Of a DNA stretch of 64,000 bases, positions 18,125 through 27,617 are shown in pieces. A program made the position numbers and the translations under genes. Positions within the stretch are counted from its first letter, which is position 1; each line of letters starts with the position of its first letter. The DNA is taken from assembly GCA_965222375.1 (NCBI GenBank), contig CBDCTZ010000015.1, forward strand, positions 288,001 to 352,000, in the 5' to 3' direction. The stretch comes from Polyangiaceae bacterium (GTDB lineage Bacteria > Myxococcota_A > Polyangia > Polyangiales > Polyangiaceae). The notes beneath the pieces are model-generated. The model saw only the letters and a list, made by a program, of their open reading frames with translations. It did no database searches and was not told where the DNA came from.

Positions 18125-19252
18125 ATGGCCGTCGAGATTCGTGAAATCCCCATCGGGGGCAAGCTCAAAGACTTCTTGAACGTGGTGGATCCCATCTATC
18201 GCGACGACCCCAACTACGTGCGCCCGCTGAACTTCGACATCAGCCAGCGCCTCTCCAAGAAAAACCCGTTCTTCGAGCATGGCGAGGGCACGGCCTTCGT
18301 CGCCTACCGTCTTGGCTGGCCTGTCGGTCGCATCACAGCGCAAATCGACAAGAGCCACCTCGAACGCTACAAGGACGACGTCGGCTTTTTCGGTTTTCTG
18401 GACACGGTAGACGATCCGGAAGTTGCAGAGGCGCTGATCGAAGCAGCTAGGGGTTGGCTCAGAGATCGGGGCATGAAGCGCATCCGCGGCCCAATGTCCC
18501 TGAACATCAATGAAGAGATGGGCTGCCTAGTAGACGGCTTCGACACGCCGCCCATGATCATGATGCCCCATCACCGCCCCTATCAAGGCGAACTGATCGA
18601 GAAGGCTGGCCTGAAGAAGCTCAAGGATGTCTACGCCTGGCGCTACACCATGGGCGATGTCAGCAAGCGTGCCCTCAAGGCTCACGACTCCATGGAGGGC
18701 GTGCCGGAAGTCAAGCTGCGCCACGTGGACAAGAAGCAAATCCAGCGTGACGTGCGCATCATCATGGACGTGTTCAACGACGCCTGGAGCGACAATTGGG
18801 GCTTCGTGCCGCTTTCCGAGGCGGAGCTGACCAAGATGGCTGAGGACATGAAACTCATCCTCATCCCCGAGCTGACTTACATCGCCGAGCTCGATGGGGA
18901 GCCCGTCGCGGTGGCCCTTGCGCTGCCAAACCTCAATGAAATGACTCAAGATTTCGGCGGGCGCCTGACCCCGGTGAACGTGGGCAAGCTGCTCTACCGG
19001 CTCAAGGTGAAAGGACCGAAGACGGCGCGACTGGTCATTTTGGGGATCCGTCGCAAACTTCGCGGCGTGAAGAAGTACGCCGCCCTCAGTACTTATCTGT
19101 ACACGAAGATGCACCGCGCTGGAGAGCGCGTGGGCGTCGAGTGGGGCGAGCTTTCTTGGACGCTGGAGGACAACGCTCCTGTAAACGTCGGGATCAAGCT
19201 CATGGGCGGCAAGATCTACAAGACGTACCGATTGTACGAAGAGGAACTCTGA
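18125..19252 (+). CDS. Bacterial ceramide synthase (bCerS)-like GNAT N-acyltransferase
   Basis: IYRDDPNYVRPL, VGRITA, GFFGF, GPMSLNINEEMG.LVDGF, NWGFVP, ELSWTLEDN, YKTYRLYE; about 375 aa. Confidence 0.75.
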   Translation: MAVEIREIPIGGKLKDFLNVVDPIYRDDPNYVRPLNFDISQRLSKKNPFFEHGEGTAFVAYRLGWPVGRITAQIDKSHLERYKDDVGFFGFLDTVDDPEVAEALIEAARGWLRDRGMKRIRGPMSLNINEEMGCLVDGFDTPPMIMMPHHRPYQGELIEKAGLKKLKDVYAWRYTMGDVSKRALKAHDSMEGVPEVKLRHVDKKQIQRDVRIIMDVFNDAWSDNWGFVPLSEAELTKMAEDMKLILIPELTYIAELDGEPVAVALALPNLNEMTQDFGGRLTPVNVGKLLYRLKVKGPKTARLVILGIRRKLRGVKKYAALSTYLYTKMHRAGERVGVEWGELSWTLEDNAPVNVGIKLMGGKIYKTYRLYEEEL

Positions 19253-19253
19253 G

Positions 19254-20240
19254 ATGACTATCTTGATTACAGGCGGTTCGGGTTTTCTCGGTTCGCACAT
19301 CGCCGAGCAGCTCTCCAGTGCGGGCAAGAAGGTCCGCGCCCTAGTGCGCAAGACGAGCAATACGCGTTTCCTCGAAACCCTGGACAACACCGAGCTCGTC
19401 GAGGGCTCCGTCAACGATATCGATAGCGTGCTGGAAGCCGCGAAGGGCGTCTCGGCAATCGTGCACTCCGCCGGCCTAGTCAAGGCGCGCAGCCCGGAAG
19501 AGTTCCACCGCGTCAACGCCGGCGGCACCGAGAACATGTTGAAGGCGGCAGTGCAGGAGAAGGCCGGGCTGAAGCGCTTCGTGCTCGTCTCGAGCTTGGC
19601 CGCAGCCGGCCCCAGCGACGAGCACGGCACCCCCGTGAGTATCGACGCCGATCCTCGCCCCGTCACGCACTACGGCCGCAGCAAGCTGGCCGCAGAGCGC
19701 TACGCCCTGGAGCAGAAAGACGAAATCCCCGTCACCATCATCCGCCCCCCGGCCATTTATGGTCCTCGAGATCGCGAAATCCTGGCATTTTTCAAGGCCT
19801 TGAACGCCCGGATCCTGCCCTACATGGGCTCGACGGAGAACAAGCTCAGCATGATTCACGGCGCCGATTGCGCGCGTGCGTGCATCGCGGCCATCGATGC
19901 GAAGTTGGAGAGTGGCTCCACCTTCTTCGTGGACGACGGCAATGTCTACACCTTCGACGACTTGGTCAAGAATGCCGAGGCCGCCCTCGGGCGTCGTGCC
20001 TGGCTACGCTTTCCGGTACCGAAACCCGTGATCAAGACGGCGGCCTACGCCAGCGAGACCTACGGCAAGATCACCAACAAAGCCGTGATGCTCACTCGCG
20101 ACAAGTGCAACGAGCTTTTCGACCAATGGGTTTGCGACGGCAGCATGGCTCGCAAGGAGCTCTCCTGGAAGCCCGAGCTTACGTTCAGCGAGGGCGCGAA
20201 AACCACGGTCGCCTGGTACAAGAACGAGGGCTGGTTGTGA
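19254..20240 (+). CDS. NAD-dependent epimerase/dehydratase (extended SDR), candidate ceramide reductase
   Basis: TGGSGFLG, SSLAA, YGRSK, RPPAIYGP; 1 nt after the bCerS-like stop. Confidence 0.8.
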   Translation: MTILITGGSGFLGSHIAEQLSSAGKKVRALVRKTSNTRFLETLDNTELVEGSVNDIDSVLEAAKGVSAIVHSAGLVKARSPEEFHRVNAGGTENMLKAAVQEKAGLKRFVLVSSLAAAGPSDEHGTPVSIDADPRPVTHYGRSKLAAERYALEQKDEIPVTIIRPPAIYGPRDREILAFFKALNARILPYMGSTENKLSMIHGADCARACIAAIDAKLESGSTFFVDDGNVYTFDDLVKNAEAALGRRAWLRFPVPKPVIKTAAYASETYGKITNKAVMLTRDKCNELFDQWVCDGSMARKELSWKPELTFSEGAKTTVAWYKNEGWL

Positions 20241-20280
20241 GTTCGGGTCGAGCTTTTCCGCCCACCGGCGGTGATGCTCG

Positions 20281-21618
20281 ATGACGGATAAAGCCCCCAG
20301 CGGCCCCAGGGGCTTGCCGCTGATTGGGCATGCGGTCGAGTTCGCGCGCGACGCCTTGGGGCTGTTGACCCGCACGGCGCGAGATCACGGCGCCGTCGCG
20401 AGACTGCGCATCTTCGACCGGGAGCTCCTGCTGCTCACGGATCCAGACGACATCGAGCAGGTGCTCGTGCGCCAGAGCAGCAACTACGTCAAAGACAAGT
20501 TCACCCACGACCTCTCTCGCGCTCTGGGCAACGGCCTGGTCACGAGTGAGGGTGAGCACTGGAAGCGCCAACGCAAGCTGACCGCCTTCGCCTTCACCCC
20601 GAAGAAGATCGCCGCCTACGCGGACACGATGGTGGCCGAGGCCGCCCGACAGTCCCTGTCCTGGGCCCCCGGCCAGGTGATGAATCTGCACCAAGAGATG
20701 AGCCGCATCACCTTGGACATCGTCGCCCAGGTGCTGTTCGAAGCAGACATCGAGGCCGAATCCAGGACCGTCGCGGAGGCCATGGAAGTCGCGAATCACT
20801 TCTTCGCCGAGAGCGTCGAGGCCGCGCTGCGCCTGCCCCCCTGGGTGCCAACCCCCGCCAACGTGAAGCTCAATCGCGCCGTGAAGCGCATCGACCGGGT
20901 CTTGTACGAGATCATCGAAGCCCGCAGGCAAGCGCCCAGCAAGAAAAGTGATCTGCTCGGCACCCTGCTCGCCGCACAAGACGACGCCGGCTACGGCATG
21001 AGTGACCGCGAGCTGCGAGACGAGTGCATCACCTTATTCATCGCTGGCCACGAGACGACTGCCTTGGCGCTGACTCACAGCTTGTACCTGCTGGCTCAAC
21101 ACCGCGACGTGCGGCAACGCTTCCATCAAGAGCTGCAGACGGTACTTGGCGACCGCCAACCCAGTGCCGACGACGCCAAGGCCCTGGAGCTCACCGAGCG
21201 CATCGTCAAAGAATCCATGCGCGTGTATCCACCGGTCTGGGTCATCGGTCGCGAGGCCGTGCAGGACGTCGAAGTCGGCGGCTACCGGGTCAAACGCGGC
21301 ACTCAATTGATCATGCCCCAGTGGGTGGTGCATCGAGACCCGCGATGGTTTTCGGATCCGCAAGAGTTCGACCCGGATCGCTGGCTGCCCGAGCGTTGCT
21401 CGGACTTGCCACGCTTCGCCTACTTCCCCTTCGGCGGCGGGCCGCGAGTTTGCATCGGCAATCACTTCGCGATGATGGAAGCCGTGCTACTCCTCGCCCT
21501 ATTCGGCCAACGTTTCCACTTCGAGCTACTGCCCGACGAGCAGCTCGAATTCCGCCCCTCCGTGACCCTCCGCCCCAAGGGCGAAGGCGTACGCGCCAAG
21601 CTCATCGTGCGGAACTGA
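20281..21618 (+). CDS. Cytochrome P450
   Basis: AGHETT I-helix, ESMR (ExxR), PDRW, FGGGPRVCIG heme motif. Confidence 0.97.
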   Translation: MTDKAPSGPRGLPLIGHAVEFARDALGLLTRTARDHGAVARLRIFDRELLLLTDPDDIEQVLVRQSSNYVKDKFTHDLSRALGNGLVTSEGEHWKRQRKLTAFAFTPKKIAAYADTMVAEAARQSLSWAPGQVMNLHQEMSRITLDIVAQVLFEADIEAESRTVAEAMEVANHFFAESVEAALRLPPWVPTPANVKLNRAVKRIDRVLYEIIEARRQAPSKKSDLLGTLLAAQDDAGYGMSDRELRDECITLFIAGHETTALALTHSLYLLAQHRDVRQRFHQELQTVLGDRQPSADDAKALELTERIVKESMRVYPPVWVIGREAVQDVEVGGYRVKRGTQLIMPQWVVHRDPRWFSDPQEFDPDRWLPERCSDLPRFAYFPFGGGPRVCIGNHFAMMEAVLLLALFGQRFHFELLPDEQLEFRPSVTLRPKGEGVRAKLIVRN

Positions 21619-21665
21619 TCGGCGCGCCATCCGGCGGGAGGCCCGGCAAGATGTTCCCCTGCTCC

Positions 21666-22841
21666 TCACACAGCCTCGAGTTTCAGGGTTGCGCTGGCAG
21701 CACTGAACTCCAGTCGCGGAGACCCACGGGGTGGAACTTCCTTTGAACAGGGCAGCAGTTGGCCTGTCGGCGTCCGTTGACCAGGAAGCAGAGACCCGGT
21801 AACTCCCGGTGGACACCAGCTCTGGGCGCCAGCGAGCCCAATCTCCACCGTTGCCCACTGTGTTCAGGGCATAGTTCGCCCCGTAGTAGCCCGGCCTCAC
21901 GCTATTCGTTGGCCAACCTCCCTTGCTCGTGAACGACGGTGATGGATCCGCGTTGTCCACTATCACAACTTGGCTGTTGGTGGTCTTGACCGTGACGCTG
22001 GCGACGCCCTTGTTGCCCTTGTCATCCGTCACGGTCAGTTTCGCAGCAAACTTGCCGGCGAATTGATAGGTATGGGTGGTCGAGCTACCGGTTGCCGTCT
22101 CACCATCGCCAAAATCCCAAGTGTAGGATGCAATGGTCCCATCGGGATCAACGGACTTGGAACCATCAAAGCTGACCACCAGCGGCACGGCTCCATCGGT
22201 GGGGCTAGCCTGGATCTTGGCCTCTGGAGCCCCGCTGGGAGTCGCGCTGAAATCCCCACCTGGGCCCGCGCGATAGGCAGCTGCCAACCCTGCAGCGTCT
22301 GAATGAGACTTGATGTCGAACTGGTTCATCAACAACAAGTAGGTCCTCTCGATCTGCTGGCCCGCAGAAAACGAGTGCTGCCGATTCGACACCCACGTTG
22401 TCAGGCATTCCGAGGCCTTCGGGGGGGGCAATGGAGAGAATGTAGTCACAGATGGGCCAATCCTTGTGAGCTATGAGCACAGGATCGATCCGAACAGCAC
22501 CCGACTCTATCCGCGCTCCGATGTAGTCGTCATCATGGCCGTTGTTGTAGTACCAGGGGGTTAGATCGGTGTCTTCGCTGCTGCGCGGCGATGTTCACCT
22601 TGCTGCTGGGGTCGTGCTTCAGATCGTAGTACTCGGTAATGCCACCGCCGCGGCTCTTCTGAAAACGCATGGAGAAGACGCCGGGAGAGGAGAGCAGCAG
22701 ATCGTCTCCCTGCGCGACAACCTTGATGTCAGCAGCCTGCGCTTTGGACGGAACCCCCAACAGGAAAGCGAGCACGGCAGCCACGGCCAGCTTCTGGACG
22801 ACCGCGATGAATCCGCTCCGACGAGTTGTCTTGAAAGGCAT
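21666..22841 (-). pseudogene. Frameshifted secreted PKD + golvesin-like domain protein (pseudogene or sequencing error)
   Basis: Signal peptide MPFKTT...AQA; PKD motif FDGSKSVDPDGTIASYTWDFGDG; IVDNAD...WARWRP..SGSYRV domain; three +1 shifts near 22585, 22421-22428 (G8) and 21742. Confidence 0.7.
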
Positions 22842-23132
22842 GCGTAGCTCGGCGAAAGTGATTCCTCCGGTCCCTCGACTTGCAACGTCAGCATAGCGTG
22901 AGGGCGGCCCCGTAGCCATCAGATCGCCACGGGCCAATCCAAAGCTCCTCGAGATCGCCGATGTCGGAGCAACTCGCAACTGGCGGCACTCGGGTTGACA
23001 GCCTTGAAGCTCAGCGTCCCGGCGTGTTCGATGCCAAGGGGAGATGCGTAAGCGACATATCTTGTCACCAGGGATCGCGCTTCCCGACGAGCCGCGGTAG
23101 TGCGCGCGGGCAGTACCGCGCGGGGAAATCAA

Positions 23133-23813
23133 CTAGGGTTCCCAGATCTCCCAATCGAGGCCCCCACCCGAATTGCAGGCAGCGCAATCTGCCTCTTCGT
23201 TCCACTTTCCGCTATGGAACCACGCACCCCGCTTGCCCGGCGCGTAGCACGCAAACTTGTCCCAGCACTTGCCCTTGATCTGGCCCCAACCCCACGGGCA
23301 GTCCTCGCAGTTGAAGCCCTTCCAGACGCAGCGCCCGCGACTACAGGTCCGATTGCTGGCGCAGGACTTGCCATCGCAGCCGCTATCTTCGCAGTCCGTC
23401 TTACCGTCGCAATCGTTATCCTTGCCGTCGCTGCACTGCTCAGTGGAGGCATTGCAGGTACACTTGCCGTTCTGACAGGTCTTGTCGACAGCACAGACCT
23501 GCGCAGAACATTGAACGTCGTCGCAATCGGTTGCGCCGTTACAGTCGTTGTCCACGCTGTCACCGCAGTTGAGTTCGACCGCCGAGCAACCGGCGGCGTC
23601 AGTGGGTGCGCCGTCGGCGGGGGCACCGTCGGCGGGGGCACCGTCTGGCCAGCCACCGGGCCCCACTTCGCTCGTGCCGGCGTCGCCAACCACGTTGCTT
23701 GCCGTACTCGCATCGTCGCCTGAGCAAGCGACTATCATCAAGCCAGTCAACGAGGCCATCCGAAACCAACGACGCATCTGATCAACTGTACCACGCGGCG
23801 GTGGAGAGGACAT
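23133..23813 (-). CDS. Cys-rich lipoprotein with DNDC-x-G-x2-DC repeats
   Basis: IVA-C lipobox; two C.D..DNDC.G.TDC.D motifs; PADGA repeats; start uncertain. Confidence 0.75.
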   Translation of the reverse strand: MSSPPPRGTVDQMRRWFRMASLTGLMIVACSGDDASTASNVVGDAGTSEVGPGGWPDGAPADGAPADGAPTDAAGCSAVELNCGDSVDNDCNGATDCDDVQCSAQVCAVDKTCQNGKCTCNASTEQCSDGKDNDCDGKTDCEDSGCDGKSCASNRTCSRGRCVWKGFNCEDCPWGWGQIKGKCWDKFACYAPGKRGAWFHSGKWNEEADCAACNSGGGLDWEIWEP

Positions 23814-24053
23814 TGCCTCTGGCCATCGTCGAGTGCGTGGCAACGCACGCGGGCTACTTGGCGGCTATGATCTGATCGGCAGTCACCTACCTTCGTTCGG
23901 CATCGCCAGCGCGCCAGCCGGCCGTGTCGCAGTACTCGACGCTCTCGCGGCTCGGTTGACACATCGGAGCCCGCTAACTCCAATTGTTGACCAGCTTCAC
24001 GGCTCGAGCCGGGGCAAGAGGAGGTTTCTAGAAGAGCCAACGCCTCGAGGAGC

Positions 24054-24578
24054 TCAGTTGGGACGTTTGGTTACCTTGCCGCAAGCTTCGTTGAATTTCC
24101 GCTGGGCGCTCTTCTTCATCTTGTCTCGATAAGGGTGAACGAAAAGACGATAGCCGATCGGGCCGGCGATAGGTTTGGAGGTTTTCATGTGGATTGTCCA
24201 GACAACCGTCGATGCTTGGCCCTGGGGAGAAACCTGGTATTCGACGGATGCGGGGCCCACTGTGCCCATGTACTCTCCTCGCACGAGGCCGTCTTTGCCT
24301 GTCGCGAACAGCGAGAAGTCCGTTTCGTGGTCCAGCTTGGCAAAGTACAGTTTCGCCGAAGCCTTGTCTTTGGGTTCAAAACGGTCGCCCTCGCTCTCCC
24401 CCATCAGCGTCCCCCAGCTCTTGATGTCGCTCAGGCACGAGAGTGTCTCGTCGGCGGAGCGTCTGGAATGCAATTGGGTCGAAATTCGGATTTCTGCAGG
24501 CAGGATCATAGCGGCTACGACTACGACTACCAAAAGACAGAGCAGCGCAATGCCGAGAGCCTTCAAGAGTTTTTTCAT
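24054..24578 (-). CDS. Membrane-anchored SRPBCC/START-like protein
   Basis: N-terminal TM, LSDIKSW, STVVWT, C-terminal helix. Confidence 0.55.
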   Translation of the reverse strand: MKKLLKALGIALLCLLVVVVVAAMILPAEIRISTQLHSRRSADETLSCLSDIKSWGTLMGESEGDRFEPKDKASAKLYFAKLDHETDFSLFATGKDGLVRGEYMGTVGPASVEYQVSPQGQASTVVWTIHMKTSKPIAGPIGYRLFVHPYRDKMKKSAQRKFNEACGKVTKRPN

Positions 24579-24678
24579 GGTCGTGTTTCCTCAACGCCTA
24601 GGCGCTTTCATGACACCTAACGAAGCCCCGAAACACAGCTCGTTCACAACGCGCCCGCAGAGCATGTCGCACCCGAGG

Positions 24679-25512
24679 CTACCCCGAGATGACCGGCAGC
24701 GCCCGAGCGTGTGCGCGGGAGGCCGACTCGGAGCCGGCGCGTAACTCCGCCGGGCGCTTCGACCACGCTTCCGCAAGCTCCTTGTCGAGCAAGTGCGTGG
24801 GCGAAACATTTCCCAGGGCGTTTGCCATCACGGCGCGCAAGTTCGGGTGCTTGGCCTCCAGAGTCGTGAGCAACTCCGCCATTGCTTCGCGCTGAAGGCC
24901 TTCTTGGGAGCTGCACAGATTGCAGGGCAGAATCGGGAAGGCTTGCTCGGTGGCGTACTCGGCAATGTCCGCCTCCGCGCACTCGATCAAGGGGCGAATC
25001 ACTTCGAAGCGGGCGTCGTCGGTCGTGTACTTCGCGGGCAGCGCCTGCAACCGGCCCGCGTGGAACAGATTCATCAAGAACGTCTCCAGGGCGTCGTCCC
25101 GGTGATGCCCCAAGGCGATCTTGTTGCAACCCAAGCGCTCGGCCGCGGTGTACAGGATCCCGCGCCGCAAGCGTGAGCAGAGCGAGCAATACGTCTGGCG
25201 CTCGGTCAGCTTCTCCGTGACCACCGAATAGGTGTCTTCGCGCAGGATCTCAAAAGGTGTGGAGCGGCTCTCCAGATACTGGACCAAGGAGCTGCCATCG
25301 TAGCCAGGTTGCACCTGATCCAGATGCACTGCGACGAGGCTCGCGTCCTCGAAGCCCCGCACGAAGGTCTCGAGTAGGTTCAGCAAGGTCCAGCTGTCCT
25401 TGCCGCCGCTGACGGCGACCAAGATCCGATCGCCCGGTGCCAGCAGCTCGTACCTGGCAAGGGTCTGGGACATCTGGCGCCGCAGCCGAAGTGCGAGGCG
25501 GGTTCGTCGCAT
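24679..25512 (-). CDS. ttcA: tRNA 2-thiocytidine(32) synthetase
   Basis: SGGKDS PP-loop, CSLCSRLRRG, GHHRDD, IRPL, PCNLC. Confidence 0.95.
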   Translation of the reverse strand: MRRTRLALRLRRQMSQTLARYELLAPGDRILVAVSGGKDSWTLLNLLETFVRGFEDASLVAVHLDQVQPGYDGSSLVQYLESRSTPFEILREDTYSVVTEKLTERQTYCSLCSRLRRGILYTAAERLGCNKIALGHHRDDALETFLMNLFHAGRLQALPAKYTTDDARFEVIRPLIECAEADIAEYATEQAFPILPCNLCSSQEGLQREAMAELLTTLEAKHPNLRAVMANALGNVSPTHLLDKELAEAWSKRPAELRAGSESASRAHARALPVISG

Positions 25513-25569
25513 GGCCGGAAGCGTAGCTCAAACCGACGCGCGAAAAAGCGGGCCCTGGCAATTTCGCCC

Positions 25570-25879
25570 TCACTGATCCCGAGCTTCCTGACACGCGCTC
25601 CAGCTAGCGTCCTCGCAGTACTGAACCCCTACGAAGCAGTTCACGACATTGCCGTGCTGGGGCAGGTTCACTTTGCACTCTCGCTGACTGCCTGGAGCAC
25701 AGCTCGCATCCTCAGCATCCACCGGCGCATCAGCTGGCGCATCGGCACTGCCGCTGGCGTCGGAACCCGCGTCTTTGGGGTCGATCGGCGCTGGACGGTC
25801 GTCGCCACCGCAAGCCGGAAGCGCAGCAGGCGCGATGTTGGGCGCAGATGAGGGGCCACGAGCGGCGAAGCATGCGCAT
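25570..25879 (-). pseudogene. Small Cys-rich lipoprotein, absent from the ORF track because of a +1 shift in the signal peptide
   Basis: Frame reads LPAC-GGDDRPAPIDPKDAGSDASG...CAPGSQRECKV...CFVGVQYCEDASWSAC..RDQ*; ATG MRMLRRSWPLIC lies in the adjacent frame. Confidence 0.65.
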
Positions 25880-25966
25880 GGGAAAGGGTATCACTCCGTT
25901 CAGGGTCAGGTCCCGGCTGGGCGACTAGGGCTGGCACCGCAGGGGTCCCTGGCGTATCGAACTGTC

Positions 25967-27610
25967 GTGACTGAGCAGAAGCGGGAAAGGCATCCCCGGG
26001 ACCAGCGCAAGGGGTCACGGCGGCGACGACGGCCGCACAAGCCCGGCGAGTCACCGGCCAAGGTGATCGTCAAGGCCAAAGCGGTCGACACATCCAAGCC
26101 CGCCGACATTCCGCTCTCAGCAGCCGAAGTCGTCGAAATGCGCGAGCACTTCAAGTTTCTGCGTGACAACCGCAAGCTGTTGCAGCTGCGGCTCAACGCA
26201 GCCGAAGACTTGTTGATCAACGGAGTACGGGAACCCACTCACCGAGGTGTTTGCAAGCACCTCTTGGGCAAAGTGGACCGCGCACGGGTCGAACTTGCCG
26301 CACCCCGACTCGAACCCGCAGCGCGCAGCCGTTTCCTGGCAGGCATCGTGAAGTTCTCGCCAGATGTCGCTTACCTGCTGCTGTACCTGGAGAGCGTAAA
26401 AGAGAGCGCCTCCCAGAGCGACGCGACGGCGGCACTATCGCGAGCCCTTCGACAGATTGACTTCACCGAGATCTCGTCAGCGCAAATGCGGCGCTTGCTC
26501 GATCTCATTGCTGAGCTGTTCGATGAACGAGATCGACCCCAGCTCCTGTTCGGATTGCTGCAGAGTCCCACTTTTCGCGGGGCGTTCGATCGCTCCGCAG
26601 AGCAGCTTCCGTCCAACTTGGCGGACTCCTTCGTGCCTCTGCGAGCAGCCCATGCTGTCGTCATTCAAGGCAAGAAGAACCCGCACGATGGCGCGGCGCT
26701 GTCTCGAGGCGTCACAACCCTGCTCTCCGCTCGAGAAAAAGTGCTTCGCGGCCACTCGCCCACAGCCCGAAAACGGCTCCTGGATCTCGGCACTGAGATA
26801 GGTCGCGGCAACCTACAGGCGGTCGGCCCGGGTCTGCGCCTGCTGGTCGAGGCTCTGCCCGACGAGCGCGAGCGCTCCGACGGCATGTTGCGCCTGGCCG
26901 GGCTGTATCTGTCCGCCGAGCGAGACGCGGACGCAAAGAGGATCCTCGAACGCCTGCGCAAACAAGCGCCTGGGTTTCGCAGACCCGTGCGCTGGCTCGA
27001 GGCTCTGGCGGGGCCTCGCTTTGGGCGTTTCGCCTTGCCGGCCGGGGATGCTCGACCCAAACGCGGAGGCTCCCGCTTCCAAGTGGCGTTCGCATTGCGG
27101 CTGCAACGCCCGGTATGGCTGCGCACCGGGAAGCCCGAAGATGCCGACGTTTTCAAAGCCGCGACCGAATTGTCTAGTTCGCTGCTGATCCCGAATGTGC
27201 TGCCTCATATCGGCGGCGGCACGGGGCCGGATGACGCGCCGTACTTCGCTGTCGACCGACGGGGTCGCGGCGCCTTCGAGACCCTGAAGCAGGACGGCGG
27301 CCTCAGCTATGAAGACGCTGCCATGGTCTGTGAGGACGTCGTCACCTTGCTCGCGACCTTGACCTCCGCGGAAGTGCCGTTGCCAGATGTTCGGCTGGAC
27401 CGCTTCGCCATCGACGCCGGGCCGCGGCTATGGCTTCGAGACTTGCTCGGGGCTACCAAGAGCAGCCAGCAAGACGCCCACCCAACCAACTTGAAGCACG
27501 CCAAGGAGCTATGCGGCCTCGTGCTCGCAGCTCACCCTGCTGCAGCGGCGCTCAAGGCTCGGCTCGACACGGCCTCGAGCTTTGCCGCCATGGCATCGGA
27601 GCTCCGCTAG
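25967..27610 (+). CDS. Helical-repeat protein with degenerate kinase-like C-terminal domain
   Basis: Long ORF, Arg-rich N-terminus, helical core, LIPNVL...PYFAV...LPDVRLDRF...LRDLLG. Confidence 0.7.
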   Translation: MTEQKRERHPRDQRKGSRRRRRPHKPGESPAKVIVKAKAVDTSKPADIPLSAAEVVEMREHFKFLRDNRKLLQLRLNAAEDLLINGVREPTHRGVCKHLLGKVDRARVELAAPRLEPAARSRFLAGIVKFSPDVAYLLLYLESVKESASQSDATAALSRALRQIDFTEISSAQMRRLLDLIAELFDERDRPQLLFGLLQSPTFRGAFDRSAEQLPSNLADSFVPLRAAHAVVIQGKKNPHDGAALSRGVTTLLSAREKVLRGHSPTARKRLLDLGTEIGRGNLQAVGPGLRLLVEALPDERERSDGMLRLAGLYLSAERDADAKRILERLRKQAPGFRRPVRWLEALAGPRFGRFALPAGDARPKRGGSRFQVAFALRLQRPVWLRTGKPEDADVFKAATELSSSLLIPNVLPHIGGGTGPDDAPYFAVDRRGRGAFETLKQDGGLSYEDAAMVCEDVVTLLATLTSAEVPLPDVRLDRFAIDAGPRLWLRDLLGATKSSQQDAHPTNLKHAKELCGLVLAAHPAAAALKARLDTASSFAAMASELR

Positions 27611-27617
27611 CTGCGCT

